Of a DNA stretch of 64,000 nucleotides, positions 45,452 to 55,553 are shown in pieces. The notes under the pieces were generated by a model that saw only the letters and a program-made list of their open reading frames with translations, was not told the DNA's origin and searched no databases. The DNA is from Desulfobacterales bacterium. GTDB lineage: Bacteria; Desulfobacterota; Desulfobacteria; Desulfobacterales; UBA2174. Positions within the stretch are counted from its first letter, which is position 1, and each line of letters opens with the position of its first letter. Where the stretch lies: NCBI GenBank assembly GCA_963668645.2, contig CAXXWC010000006.1, forward strand, positions 96,001-160,000, written 5' to 3'. The position numbers and the translations under genes were made by a program.

Positions 45452-47038
45452 TCAGGGCCGGGCATCCCGCCGGCCGGCCCCGGCAGGGGACAGAACGCCC
45501 GCCAGGCGGCACTGGCGCGACCGGCAGTAGCGCGTAAAGGCGGCCCCGTTGCCCTGGTGATCGCGCCCGAGGTGGAAATTGAGCCAGGAAGAGGTTTCGT
45601 TCAAGGCCCAAAGCCGCGGCGGGACGCACCCTTCGCCGAGTCGGTAGGTCTGACCCGCCGCGGCCCACCGGCGCCAGGCCCGGAACCAGACACATTCGCG
45701 CTCGGGACGCACCTCACAGCGGCCGTTGCGGCTGCCGCCGCAGGCCCCGTTGCGGGTGTGCTTGGGGCACTGGGATTCGGGGCACAAAAAGGCCAGATGC
45801 ACAATGGCGCAGTCCCCGCAATGGCGGCAGCCGAGCAGCAGCCGCTTGACCGGATCCTCCAGGGTGCTGGCCAAAAGCCGCCCCGCGCCATGCCCATCCA
45901 GGCTTCGTGCAACGGCGCGCCACAGGCCCGCCGCGGCGCCCTCGCGCCGGAAAAAGGCCGCGTGGGCCAGGCGCATGAAATGAAAATGGAGCCTTTCCAG
46001 CGGATCGAGAGCCGGTGCGGACCCCGCCCCGAGGGTGCAGGGACGGGTGCCGCCGGAGCCTGCATCCAGCGTTTCGGCCAGGTTCGGACCGTCGAATTGG
46101 GCCAGAAAATCCGGCCATCGGTCTTCGATTTGGGCCAACCGATCCAGGATCCGGGCCACCATGGAAAAATCCCGGTGGATGCCGCCGATATGAATTCCCC
46201 GGAATCCCAGGCCTTTGAGCACCGCCGCCAGGCGTGCAGCGCGCTCCACCGCCGCCCGGCGCCCATCGGTGCGGTCGGCCCATTCCCGGCAGACTTGGTC
46301 GCAGAGCCGGCCCGAGACCACGGCCCCGGGTACCTGCCCCGCGTTCATGATGCGCGCCGCGCGCGGGGTGAGCACATAAACCGATCCGAGCAGGGGCAGA
46401 TCCAGGCCCATGGCCTGGGTCGCGCGGACCATCCGATCGAAGCAGGCCGCATCGTAGCCGAGCTGACTGATGACGAACTGGGCCCCGGCAGCCTGTTTGC
46501 GGCATAGTTTGGCGTACTGGGCTGCAGTCTCGCCCGCGGTGCTTTTGAAGGGAGACACGGCGCAGCCGGTGAAAAAACCGTCCGGATCACCGCCGGCCTC
46601 GAGCCGGTCGTTGAGCATCGCCAGCATGGCGAGCAGGCTGACCGAATCCAGGTCGAAGACCGGTGCGCCCTGGCCGGCGAATCCCGATCCGGTGTAGTCG
46701 CCGGTAAGGGCCAGGATGTTCTTCATCCCCATCATCGCCAGTTGCAGGGCACGGCTTTCCATGCCGACCCGGTTGGCGTCGCGGCAGGTGAAATGGACGA
46801 TCACGTCCATGCCGATGCGAAAGATCTGGTGGCCGAGCACATCCGGGCTCAAGGATGGATTGCCGCCGGGATTGTCGGTGATCGAAACCGCCGAGATACG
46901 CCCATCGGCAAAGGCGTCGCGGGCGATGCCCATTACGGTGTCCACCGCCCGGCCCGAAGCCTCGCGGCCCGGTACCAGTTCCAGGGTGATGACGAAACGC
47001 CCCGGGTCCTGCAGTTCGTTTTGAAACACGCGCAGCAT
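45452..47038 (-). CDS. Methylenetetrahydrofolate reductase-like protein with fused C-terminal MetV-type Cys domain
   Basis: SITDNPGG, HFTCRDANR, LALTGD, AGAQFVISQ; C-terminal CRHCGDC...CPKHTRNGACGG...CEV...CVW. Confidence 0.85.
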   Translation of the reverse strand: MLRVFQNELQDPGRFVITLELVPGREASGRAVDTVMGIARDAFADGRISAVSITDNPGGNPSLSPDVLGHQIFRIGMDVIVHFTCRDANRVGMESRALQLAMMGMKNILALTGDYTGSGFAGQGAPVFDLDSVSLLAMLAMLNDRLEAGGDPDGFFTGCAVSPFKSTAGETAAQYAKLCRKQAAGAQFVISQLGYDAACFDRMVRATQAMGLDLPLLGSVYVLTPRAARIMNAGQVPGAVVSGRLCDQVCREWADRTDGRRAAVERAARLAAVLKGLGFRGIHIGGIHRDFSMVARILDRLAQIEDRWPDFLAQFDGPNLAETLDAGSGGTRPCTLGAGSAPALDPLERLHFHFMRLAHAAFFRREGAAAGLWRAVARSLDGHGAGRLLASTLEDPVKRLLLGCRHCGDCAIVHLAFLCPESQCPKHTRNGACGGSRNGRCEVRPERECVWFRAWRRWAAAGQTYRLGEGCVPPRLWALNETSSWLNFHLGRDHQGNGAAFTRYCRSRQCRLAGVLSPAGAGRRDARP

Positions 47039-47054
47039 AAAAGACCTTTCCGGG

Positions 47055-48428
47055 CTAGTTTTTGCGGCCCCCGCGGCCGTCGGTTGGCGGTGGCGTGAGG
47101 CCCAGGGAACGGATCTTGCGGTACAGGGTGCTGGTATCGATGCCCAACTCGGCGGCTGCGGCCTGCCGGCGGCCTTCGTGGCGGCCCAGGGCCGCTTCGA
47201 GCATCAACCGCTCCATGGCCTTCAAGGTCATGGGGCCGCTTTGCGGGACAGGCGCCGCATCGCCGGTCAAACGCATCTCCGGCGGCAGGTGGGGCAGATC
47301 GATGATCCCCTGGCGGCAGAGCACGAAGGCGTGCTCGATGAGGTTTTCCAGTTCGCGGACATTGCCCGGATAGTCGTGTCCCATCAGGCGCACCAGGACC
47401 CGGTCCGAAACCCCGGCGATCGCTTTTCCCTGGAGTCGATTCAGCCGGGCCAGAAAATGGTCCACCAGAAGGGGGATGTCTTCGCGCCGCCGGCGCAACG
47501 GAGCGATCTCGAGCCGCACGACCCGGATCCGGTAGTACAAATCCTCGCGGAACAGCCCCTGCCCGACCCGGGCGGACAGGTCCCGATGGGTGGCCGCCAC
47601 GATGCGCACGTCCACCGGTTCGGGCTTCAACGCGCCGAGCGGCTCGACGCAGCGCGCCTCCACGGCCCGCAGCAGGCGCACCTGCATGGCCGCCGAGACG
47701 TCGCCGATCTCATCGAGAAAGAGGGTCCCCTTGTGCGCGGCGGCAAAACGGCCGATCTTGTCCCGGCGCGCATCGGTGAAGGCCCCGGCCTTGTAGCCGA
47801 ATAGTTCGGATTCGAGCAGGGCATCGGGAAGCGCACCGCAGTTGATCGCCTGGAAAGGCCCCCGGCTGCGGTGGGACAGGTTGTGCAGGGCCCTGGCGAC
47901 CAGTTCCTTGCCCGTGCCCGATTCGCCCTGGATCAGGACCGTACTGTCGCTGGCCGCGACCTGGGGCAGGATATCGAACAGGGACTGCATCGCCGCGCTG
48001 CGCCCGATGATGTCTTCGAAGGTGTAGCACTTTTCGAGGGCTTTTTGGAGCTGTTCGATCCGGGTCAGGTCCTGGAAGGTCTCCACCCCGCCGCATACCC
48101 GGCCGTTCGCATCGTGCAGTACGGCGGTGGAAATACGGATCGGCACCCGCCGTCCGGCGGCGGTGTAGATATGGGCCGCGGCGTTGATCTGCGGCTGGCC
48201 GGTGGCCAGGGTCCGGCGCAGGGCGCAGGCCTGTTCGCAGATGTCGGCCCGGAACACCTCGCAGCATCGCTGCCCGAGGGCTTCCCGGCGTTCGACCCCC
48301 GTGATCTGCTCGGCCGCGCGGTTGAAGCGCGTGATGCGCCAGTCGAGATCGACGGTAAAGACCCCTTCATTGAGGGCCTCGAGGATCGGGTCGAGAGCGG
48401 CGAAAGATGGTGTTTCAGGTGATGCCAT
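47055..48428 (-). CDS. PAS-domain sigma-54-dependent transcriptional activator
   Basis: GESGTGKE, ESELFG, GAFTDA, FLDEIGD, YPGNVREL, HTH. Confidence 0.93.
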   Translation of the reverse strand: MASPETPSFAALDPILEALNEGVFTVDLDWRITRFNRAAEQITGVERREALGQRCCEVFRADICEQACALRRTLATGQPQINAAAHIYTAAGRRVPIRISTAVLHDANGRVCGGVETFQDLTRIEQLQKALEKCYTFEDIIGRSAAMQSLFDILPQVAASDSTVLIQGESGTGKELVARALHNLSHRSRGPFQAINCGALPDALLESELFGYKAGAFTDARRDKIGRFAAAHKGTLFLDEIGDVSAAMQVRLLRAVEARCVEPLGALKPEPVDVRIVAATHRDLSARVGQGLFREDLYYRIRVVRLEIAPLRRRREDIPLLVDHFLARLNRLQGKAIAGVSDRVLVRLMGHDYPGNVRELENLIEHAFVLCRQGIIDLPHLPPEMRLTGDAAPVPQSGPMTLKAMERLMLEAALGRHEGRRQAAAAELGIDTSTLYRKIRSLGLTPPPTDGRGGRKN

Positions 48429-48594
48429 AAAAAAGGACCCATTGGGACGGTGGCGGCAATGGCATCATTCTTGGCCCATGATCCGTGCGTGTCAATACCG
48501 ATTTGCCAGACGGCAAATCGGCTCTTTACGCCACCGGTTCCTTAAGGCTATAGCTGGGCATCCGAAACCGGTGTACAGCAAACAGGAGGTGTCT

Positions 48595-50580
48595 ATGCCA
48601 AAAGACCGGCGGCCAGAGGCTGAGCGGACCTTGCATGACGATCCGACCGCCGAAACGCCGATCGCGCTAGAAGCGTTTACCGAAGATATTTTGCAAAACA
48701 TGACCGAAGGGCTGCTCTTTACCGATCCGGGCGGTAGACTCACTTTCGTCAATCGTGCCCTGGCGGCAAGCTTGGGATACGCCGTCGAGGAGATGGTCGG
48801 CCTGAACTGGCAGCAATTCGTCATGCCCGAGCAGCGCGCCAAGGCCGTTGCCGCCGAGAAGCAGCGCGTCAACGGGAAGAGTAAACGCTACGAGCTGATA
48901 CTGCGCAAAAAAAACGGCAGCGGCCTCTGGACCCTGGTGGGCGCCGGCCCGCGCCGCGACGCCCGGACCGGTCGCGACGCCGGCTCCATCGGCGTGGTCA
49001 GCGATATCAGCGCCCAGAAAGCGGTGGAAGCGCGCCTGCGGGAAAGCGAATCCAAGCACCGCCTCATCCTTGAAAAGATGCAGGAGGGCTATTACGAAGT
49101 CGATCGGAGCGGGTTCTTTACCTTTATCAACCGCTCAGCCTGCGAGCAGCTCGGCTATGCACACGAGGAGATGATCGGCACCAATTACAGGCAGCTGGCC
49201 GCGGACGACGAGCAAAGCAAAAGGATTTTCGATGCCTATCGCAAAATTTATGACACCGGAAAACCGCTGAAAGACTTTTGCTGGGACATCCGGCGCAAGG
49301 ACGGGAAGCGCCGAACGGTGGAGGTGTCCGTCTCCCTGATCCGGGACGCGGAGGAGAACGGCATCGGTTTCCGCGGCATCTCGCGCGATGTCAGCGAAGA
49401 TTTGCTAGCGCAACAGGAACGTGAAAAGCTGCAGGCCCAGCTCATCCAGGCTCAGAAAATGGAATCGGTAGGAAGGCTGGCAGGTGGGGTGGCCCACGAT
49501 TTCAACAACATGCTCGGGGTGATCCAGGGCCATGCGGAGCTGGCCATGGTCAAGGCCGGCGCCGATCACCCGCTCGGCCGGCATCTGGAGCAGATCTACA
49601 ACACGGCCCGGCGTTCGGCGGATTTGATCCGCCAACTCTTGGGGTTCGCCCGCAAGCAGGTCGCCGAGCCCGAGGTCCTGGATCTGAACGAAACCGTCGA
49701 CGGGCTGCTCAAGATGCTGCGCCCTCTGATCGGCGAGCACATCGACCTGGTCTGGAAGCCCCACGCCGGGCTCTGGCCGGTGCATATCGATCCGGCGCAG
49801 GTGGACCAGATCTTTACCAACCTGTGCATCAACGCGCGCGATGCCATCTGCGGAACCGGGCACCTGACCATCGAGACGGTCAACGCCGATCTGAACGAAG
49901 CCGATTGCAGGCCATACCCGGGACTGGTGCCCGGCCAATACGCACTGCTGGTGGTAGAAGACGACGGCTGCGGCATGGACAACCGAATCCGCGCCCATCT
50001 CTTCGAGCCTTTTTTCACCACCAAGCCGCCCGGCCAAGGAACCGGGCTCGGATTGGCCACGGTTTACGGAATCGTCAAACAGAACGAGGGGTTCATTCAC
50101 GTGTTGAGCACTCCGGGCGAGGGAACGCGGGTGCAAATCTGCCTACCGCGATATCGGGGAACAGAGTCCGGCAGAAGGAATCAAGCGGCGGTGGAGAACA
50201 TCGTCCCCACAGGCCTGGAAACCGTGCTGCTGGTGGAAGACGAACCGACCATCCTGGAGGTGGGACAGGCGGTGCTGGAAAACTGCGGCTACCGGGTGTT
50301 GTGCGCCGAGACTCCCGGGCAGGCCATGACTTTGGCTGAAGCCCATCCGGAAGCCATCGCTCTTTTGATCAGTGACGTGGTGATGCCGGAAATGAACGGC
50401 AACGATCTGTTTCGCAACCTTTCCGCTTCCCGTCCGGGGCTCAAATGTCTTTTCATGTCCGGATACTCGGCCGATGTGATCGCCCGGCACGGAGTCGTGG
50501 ATCCTGCGGCCCAATTCATCCAGAAGCCTTTTTCCATCCAGGCGCTGGCCGTCAAGGTACGCGAAACCCTCGACGGATAG
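48595..50580 (+). CDS. PAS-PAS hybrid sensor histidine kinase/response regulator
   Basis: AGGAGG RBS; GGVAHDFNN, NARDA, FEPFFTTK, GTGLGL, receiver DVVMP. Confidence 0.93.
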   Translation: MPKDRRPEAERTLHDDPTAETPIALEAFTEDILQNMTEGLLFTDPGGRLTFVNRALAASLGYAVEEMVGLNWQQFVMPEQRAKAVAAEKQRVNGKSKRYELILRKKNGSGLWTLVGAGPRRDARTGRDAGSIGVVSDISAQKAVEARLRESESKHRLILEKMQEGYYEVDRSGFFTFINRSACEQLGYAHEEMIGTNYRQLAADDEQSKRIFDAYRKIYDTGKPLKDFCWDIRRKDGKRRTVEVSVSLIRDAEENGIGFRGISRDVSEDLLAQQEREKLQAQLIQAQKMESVGRLAGGVAHDFNNMLGVIQGHAELAMVKAGADHPLGRHLEQIYNTARRSADLIRQLLGFARKQVAEPEVLDLNETVDGLLKMLRPLIGEHIDLVWKPHAGLWPVHIDPAQVDQIFTNLCINARDAICGTGHLTIETVNADLNEADCRPYPGLVPGQYALLVVEDDGCGMDNRIRAHLFEPFFTTKPPGQGTGLGLATVYGIVKQNEGFIHVLSTPGEGTRVQICLPRYRGTESGRRNQAAVENIVPTGLETVLLVEDEPTILEVGQAVLENCGYRVLCAETPGQAMTLAEAHPEAIALLISDVVMPEMNGNDLFRNLSASRPGLKCLFMSGYSADVIARHGVVDPAAQFIQKPFSIQALAVKVRETLDG

Positions 50581-50592
50581 CCGATCAAGGTG

Positions 50593-51162
50593 TCATTTGA
50601 GTTTGGACTTGGCAGATTTGATACCCTGGGACAACGCCTTCCAGGCTTCTTCGAGTCCGTCCTTCAATCCGTCCCACGCCTGTTCGACAGCTTCACGAGC
50701 ATTTTCGAGCCTCGCTTCGAATTCCCGCCGCCGGGTATGCAGCGCTTCGATCTGGCGATGATAAGCGCTGTGCGCCTCGCCCTTGGCCAGGGCCGCCTTG
50801 TCCTCCAGCTTCTCGATTTCACGATTCCACTTGTCCAGCTTGACCTTCATCTTTTCGATGTACGCATCTCTCCTGGCGGCCATTTCTCTTCCCGGCCGCA
50901 CCTCGACCACGTTGTTGACCGTGCCGTAGAGGTTGCACACCGTGTCCGGGCAGGCCGGATCACGCTTCCATACCCCGTCGACGATGAACTTGTACTCGTA
51001 ACGGCCCGGAGCCAGCTTCTTGCTCTTTTTCCAAACACCTTCCTTGTTCTTTTTCATCCGGTCCGCATGGGTAGACCAGTCGTTGAAGGTGCCTGACAGA
51101 AATACCGCCTCGGCTTCCGGCGCCCGCAGTTCGAACGCCACCCGTTCCTTGTCCGGACCCAT
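50593..51162 (-). CDS. CBM48/AMPK-type glycogen-binding domain fused to a coiled-coil stress-protein-like tail
   Basis: VFLSGTFNDW...GRYEYKFIVDGVW..DP; then RDAYIEKMKVKLDKWNREI...AWDGLKDG. Confidence 0.75.
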   Translation of the reverse strand: MGPDKERVAFELRAPEAEAVFLSGTFNDWSTHADRMKKNKEGVWKKSKKLAPGRYEYKFIVDGVWKRDPACPDTVCNLYGTVNNVVEVRPGREMAARRDAYIEKMKVKLDKWNREIEKLEDKAALAKGEAHSAYHRQIEALHTRRREFEARLENAREAVEQAWDGLKDGLEEAWKALSQGIKSAKSKLK

Positions 51163-51458
51163 CTTGATCCTCCTTGGCCAGCCGTTTGATCCGAGAGTTC
51201 ACTTATTAGCAATTTTAAAATAATGGCAGGATGTTAAGATGATATTAAGCCGATGTCAATTTAAGCGTGCTTGCGGATGCAACGGATCACCTGGCACCCG
51301 GTGCCGGGAATGGGCGGCACGCATCCCCGGCGGCAAACTGTACCCGACCAATTTCTTGACGCGAACAAAACGCCGGACTATCAATGGAATAGGCGTGCTG
51401 CGATTCTTTCCGAGGACCTTCTCAGCCCCTTGACCTCAAGGTGAAAGGAGAACCCGCC

Positions 51459-52589
51459 ATGGACCGAATCACCATCGGGGAGTTGAAAAAGAATCTTTTG
51501 CAGCCCCATGCCGTTGGGTGCGTGTCGATTTTCATGCCGACCCATCGCGCTGGGCACCAAGCCGAGCAGGATCCGATCCGCTTCAAAAACCTGCTCCGCG
51601 AGGTGGAAGGCAGGCTCCTGGCCAAGGGCCTGCGATCCCCCGAGGTTCGGGACATGCTCAAAGAACCCTTCCGGCTCCTTCAGGACGGCGGATTCTGGAA
51701 ACACCGCGGCGACGGGCTGGCAGTCTTTTTCACCCTCGATGCCCTGCATGCTTTCCGCCTGCCGCTGACCTTCGAAGAGACCATCGTGGTCTCCAGGCGG
51801 TTTCACGTCAAGCCGTTGCTGTCGCTTTTGACCAGCGACAGCCGTTTTTTCATCCTGGCCCTGAGCCAAAACCAGGTCCGGTTGATCGAGGCCACACGCC
51901 ACAACGCGCAGGAAGTGAATCTCGACGGCCTGGCCCAGAGCCTGGCCGCGGACGAAGCCCCCACGGAAAGCCCACCGTTGTCCAACACCGGAAAACGCCC
52001 GGCCATGTTTTTCGGCTACGATCTGAGCAAGGAGAACAAGGACCGGATCATGCGCCGGTTCCGGGCCATCGACCGCAAGCTGCACGAGGTGCTCACCGAT
52101 GCCGGGGCTCCCCTGGTATTGGCCGGGGTCGATTCGCTGTTTCCCCTCTACCGGGAGATCAACACCTACGCCCATCTGCTCGACGGCGGCCTTGCGGGCA
52201 ACCCGGAAGGGTTGAAGCCCGAGGAACTGCACGCGCCGGCCTGGTCGCTGGTTGAACCGGTCTTTCAACAGGAGCGGCAAGAGGCCGCCGCCCGCTATCA
52301 CCGCCTGGCCGGCACCGGGCAGGCCACCTCAGACGTGAAAGAAACGGTGGTGGCGGCGCATCACGGACGGGTGGAGACCCTCTTCGTGGCCGTGGGCGTC
52401 CAGGTATGGGGCCACTACGATCAGCAAGAGCAGGCCTGCCACATCAAAGACGCACCCGATCCCGGCGGCGACGAGGACCTGCTCGATCTGACCGCCATCC
52501 AGAGCCTGCGCAAGGGCGCGACGGTCTATGCGGTGCCGCCGGATGAAGTCCCGGACCGCGGATTGGTGGCCGCGTTGTTCCGCTACTGA
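51459..52589 (+). CDS. Bacterial archaeo-eukaryotic release factor (baeRF3/7-like) protein
   Basis: CVSIFMPTHR, IRFKNLL, GLAVF, FHVKPLL, GRVETLFV, EDLLD, AALFRY. Confidence 0.78.
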   Translation: MDRITIGELKKNLLQPHAVGCVSIFMPTHRAGHQAEQDPIRFKNLLREVEGRLLAKGLRSPEVRDMLKEPFRLLQDGGFWKHRGDGLAVFFTLDALHAFRLPLTFEETIVVSRRFHVKPLLSLLTSDSRFFILALSQNQVRLIEATRHNAQEVNLDGLAQSLAADEAPTESPPLSNTGKRPAMFFGYDLSKENKDRIMRRFRAIDRKLHEVLTDAGAPLVLAGVDSLFPLYREINTYAHLLDGGLAGNPEGLKPEELHAPAWSLVEPVFQQERQEAAARYHRLAGTGQATSDVKETVVAAHHGRVETLFVAVGVQVWGHYDQQEQACHIKDAPDPGGDEDLLDLTAIQSLRKGATVYAVPPDEVPDRGLVAALFRY

Positions 52590-52700
52590 TGGCAGGAACC
52601 GCCACCTTTTTCGGAAATCCGCGGCGCGATTGAAGGCAAAAGCGCATGCAGGAGACCGCCTGGAGCCGGCAGCGGAATATGCCAACCCCTTGGATCCGGG

Positions 52701-53573
52701 CTAGCGCATGCGCCTGCGGGTGCCGTCCCAGACCACCAGGACCACGGCCGCAAGGATCAGCAGGCTGCCGGCATAGCCGAGGGCCGTGAAGCATTCTCCC
52801 CACCAGACATAGGCCACAACGGCGGCCACCACCGGTTCCAGCGTAGCCGTGATGGCCGCCCGGGAGGCCTCCAGGTACTTGAGCCCCAGATAATAGCAAT
52901 AGTAGGCGCCATAGGTGCAAAAAAAGGCCAGGGCCGCCAGGGCGATCCAGGCGGTGGGTGTCTTGGGGACGAAATCCACCAGGGGATAAAGGCTCAACGC
53001 GCCGATGGGCAGCATGTAAAGGAAAAGATTGGGCGAGCTGTAGCGGCCTGAAAAGTGCTTGCCGTAGATGTAGTACAGCGAATAGCAGAACCCCGAAAGA
53101 AGCCCGGCGCCCAGGGCGACCAGGTCCAGGCCGGTTTGCAGGACTTGGTCGCTGGAACCGGCCGATACGCCCACCACCCCGGCCAGGGTCAGCCCCAGGG
53201 CCAGCAGCTTGACCGGAGTCATGGCCTCTTTGAACACCAGGCGCGCCAGAACGGCCACCCAGGCCGGCCCGGTGTAAAGCAGCACGGCGGCCAGGGCGGC
53301 CCCGCCCCGGTTGACGGCCACCTGATAACTGCCGTAGAACACCGCCACGCCCATGAAGGCGAAAATCACCAGGTTTCCGATGTCCCGCCGCTGGATGCGC
53401 ACTTCACGGCGCAGGGCTGCATGGGCGCCAAAAAGAATCCAGGCCAACGCCGCGCGCCAGAAAGCCACCTCCATAGGGGTCACGCCCTGGCTGAAGGCCA
53501 GCCGCGAAAAAGGGCCGATATTGCCCCACAGCAAAGCCGCCGCAGCGATAAGAAGATATCCGCGCAACGCCAT
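52701..53573 (-). CDS. EamA/DMT family transporter
   Basis: About 10 TMs, LLYTGP, TATLEPVVA. Confidence 0.9.
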   Translation of the reverse strand: MALRGYLLIAAAALLWGNIGPFSRLAFSQGVTPMEVAFWRAALAWILFGAHAALRREVRIQRRDIGNLVIFAFMGVAVFYGSYQVAVNRGGAALAAVLLYTGPAWVAVLARLVFKEAMTPVKLLALGLTLAGVVGVSAGSSDQVLQTGLDLVALGAGLLSGFCYSLYYIYGKHFSGRYSSPNLFLYMLPIGALSLYPLVDFVPKTPTAWIALAALAFFCTYGAYYCYYLGLKYLEASRAAITATLEPVVAAVVAYVWWGECFTALGYAGSLLILAAVVLVVWDGTRRRMR

Positions 53574-53868
53574 CCGTATACCTTTCCCTGTTCAGGCCGA
53601 TTTCGGTTATGATCCGCCGCTTCGCGCTTCCCACGGCCCAGGGCGGCCCCTTGCCCTGTCCATCATCTTCCGATCACCATTTGGGCAACCCCTAACACAA
53701 AGCGGCAGCGGCCTAAAGAGCGTTTTGCCATCGCTTTGCGATTTGCCCCTTTGCAGAGGCCTGCTCCGCCCTCGCGGCGGGTATTTTACTTTACCAAACC
53801 GTTAAAATTCATTATAAAATATTGATTCCGTGTACGAAATTCCTTCTAGTCAGGAGACAGTTCGCCCC

Positions 53869-54303
53869 ATGACCGAAAAGAATGCCCCCGATTCAGCCCT
53901 GCAAGCGGTGCAAACCCTGGCGCTGGAAAACGGCACACGTTTGGAAGTGTTTGACGCCAGCCGTCATCTGGCGGCGGACCGCTGGCAGGTTAACGCCGTC
54001 TTTCGTTTGACCGTCCCGGTGAGTGAATCGGTGGTGGCCGGTGGATCGGCCCACTTGGAACTCGCCGAACTGCACCGCCGCATCGGCAAGCAGGTGGTTT
54101 TTGAAAAACGCCTGGAACGCACCTTCATCGCTTCCGGTGAAAAAAACCGGCTTTTTGCCGCGACGGTAAACGGCTACCTGGACGGGGCCCTGAAATACAT
54201 TTCCCGGCCGGAATTCGCCCGCAACCTGGTGATGCGCCGCTACCAGGAAGCTTTAAAACAACAAACCCTTCTACGCCCGGGGAAAACAGATGCCAACGGT
54301 TAA
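53869..54303 (+). CDS. Conserved hypothetical protein
   Basis: AGGAG RBS; ORF overlaps the OsmC gene start; DASRHLAADRWQV. Confidence 0.65.
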   Translation: MTEKNAPDSALQAVQTLALENGTRLEVFDASRHLAADRWQVNAVFRLTVPVSESVVAGGSAHLELAELHRRIGKQVVFEKRLERTFIASGEKNRLFAATVNGYLDGALKYISRPEFARNLVMRRYQEALKQQTLLRPGKTDANG

Positions 54304-54703
54304 AGTCAACTGGGTCGGGGCGCGCCAATTCGTGGGCACCGACTCCAACGGTCACAGCATCGTCCTGTCGGGAGACGACCCGGCCACCGGTGTACGACCC
54401 AGCGAGATGCTGCTGGTGGCCCTGGCCGCCTGCTCAGGCTATGATGTCGTCCAAATCATGGAAAAAAAGCGCCATCCGCTCGATTTTTTCGAGGTCATCG
54501 TGGATGGCGAGCGCGATGCGCAGCCGCCCTGGGCCTATAACACGATCCGGATCACCTATCGGCTCAGGGGCCGGGATCTGACCGCCAAGGCGGTGACCCA
54601 GGCCATCGACTTGTCGGTTAAAAAGTACTGTTCGGTGGCGGCCACCGTGGGCGCCAAGGCCCGGATCGAAACAGGTTTCGAAATTCTCGACTCAGAAAGC
54701 TGA
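54290..54703 (+). CDS. OsmC family protein
   Basis: GVRPSEMLLVALAACSGYDV, KYCSV. Confidence 0.9.
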   Translation: MPTVKVNWVGARQFVGTDSNGHSIVLSGDDPATGVRPSEMLLVALAACSGYDVVQIMEKKRHPLDFFEVIVDGERDAQPPWAYNTIRITYRLRGRDLTAKAVTQAIDLSVKKYCSVAATVGAKARIETGFEILDSES

Positions 54704-54776
54704 GCATTTCACCCTTCCAGCGCAAAGCCGGAACCCGAGGCGCCTTTGGACGCCGGAACCCGGCTCGGGCACGCAA

Positions 54777-55391
54777 ATGAGCGCCAAAAAGATGCAAGCG
54801 CAGCGCGCCTTCAGGGCCGCGCGGGTCATTGCGATCCTCGTGCCGGTGCTGGCCGCAACGATTCTCGAAGCCGCCCCGGCCCGGGCCGATATCTACCGCT
54901 ACGTCGATCCCCAGGGGGTAATGCACTTTACCAACGCCCCCACATCGGGCAAGTACAAGGTGTTCATCCGCGAGCACTCCTTTGAACGGCTGGCTCCGGC
55001 GCCTGGCCTCTTCGATGCGATCATTGCCGAAGCGGCCGAGTTGTACGGTCTTTCAAAGGCCCTGATCAAAGCGGTGATCAAGGCCGAATCGGATTTCGAC
55101 CCGCAGGCCGTGTCCAAACGCGGCGCCCTGGGCCTGATGCAGATCATGCCCTCCAATCTCAAGAGTCTGAACGTGCGCGATCCGTTCAACCCCCGCCAGA
55201 ACATCATGGGCGGCGCCCGCTACTTGAGCCAAATGATCGAACGTTTCGGCAAGAATCTGCACCTGGCCCTGGCGGCTTACAATGCCGGTCCCGGAACGGT
55301 GGAGCAGTACCGGAGTGTGCCTCCCTTTCCCGAAACCCAGGACTATGTGCAAAAAGTGATGCGCTATTTCATGGCTTATCGCAAAGGATAG
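54777..55391 (+). CDS. Lytic transglycosylase (DUF4124 + SLT)
   Basis: IYRYVDPQGVMHFTN; AES, GALGLMQ, AAYNAG, ETQDYV. Confidence 0.93.
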   Translation: MSAKKMQAQRAFRAARVIAILVPVLAATILEAAPARADIYRYVDPQGVMHFTNAPTSGKYKVFIREHSFERLAPAPGLFDAIIAEAAELYGLSKALIKAVIKAESDFDPQAVSKRGALGLMQIMPSNLKSLNVRDPFNPRQNIMGGARYLSQMIERFGKNLHLALAAYNAGPGTVEQYRSVPPFPETQDYVQKVMRYFMAYRKG

Positions 55392-55553
55392 CGCCCGGCT
55401 CCATGGTTGACGGTCCGCATCGCCCCCTGACCGATCTTCACAGATAAGGCATAGTTACGAAATTTTGCTTGTATTTCAGGCCTTAAGGAAGTAGCCTGAT
55501 CTCGATCAGGCCACGCCATGGCTCAGCCGCAAAGCAAAAAGGACGCACATTTA

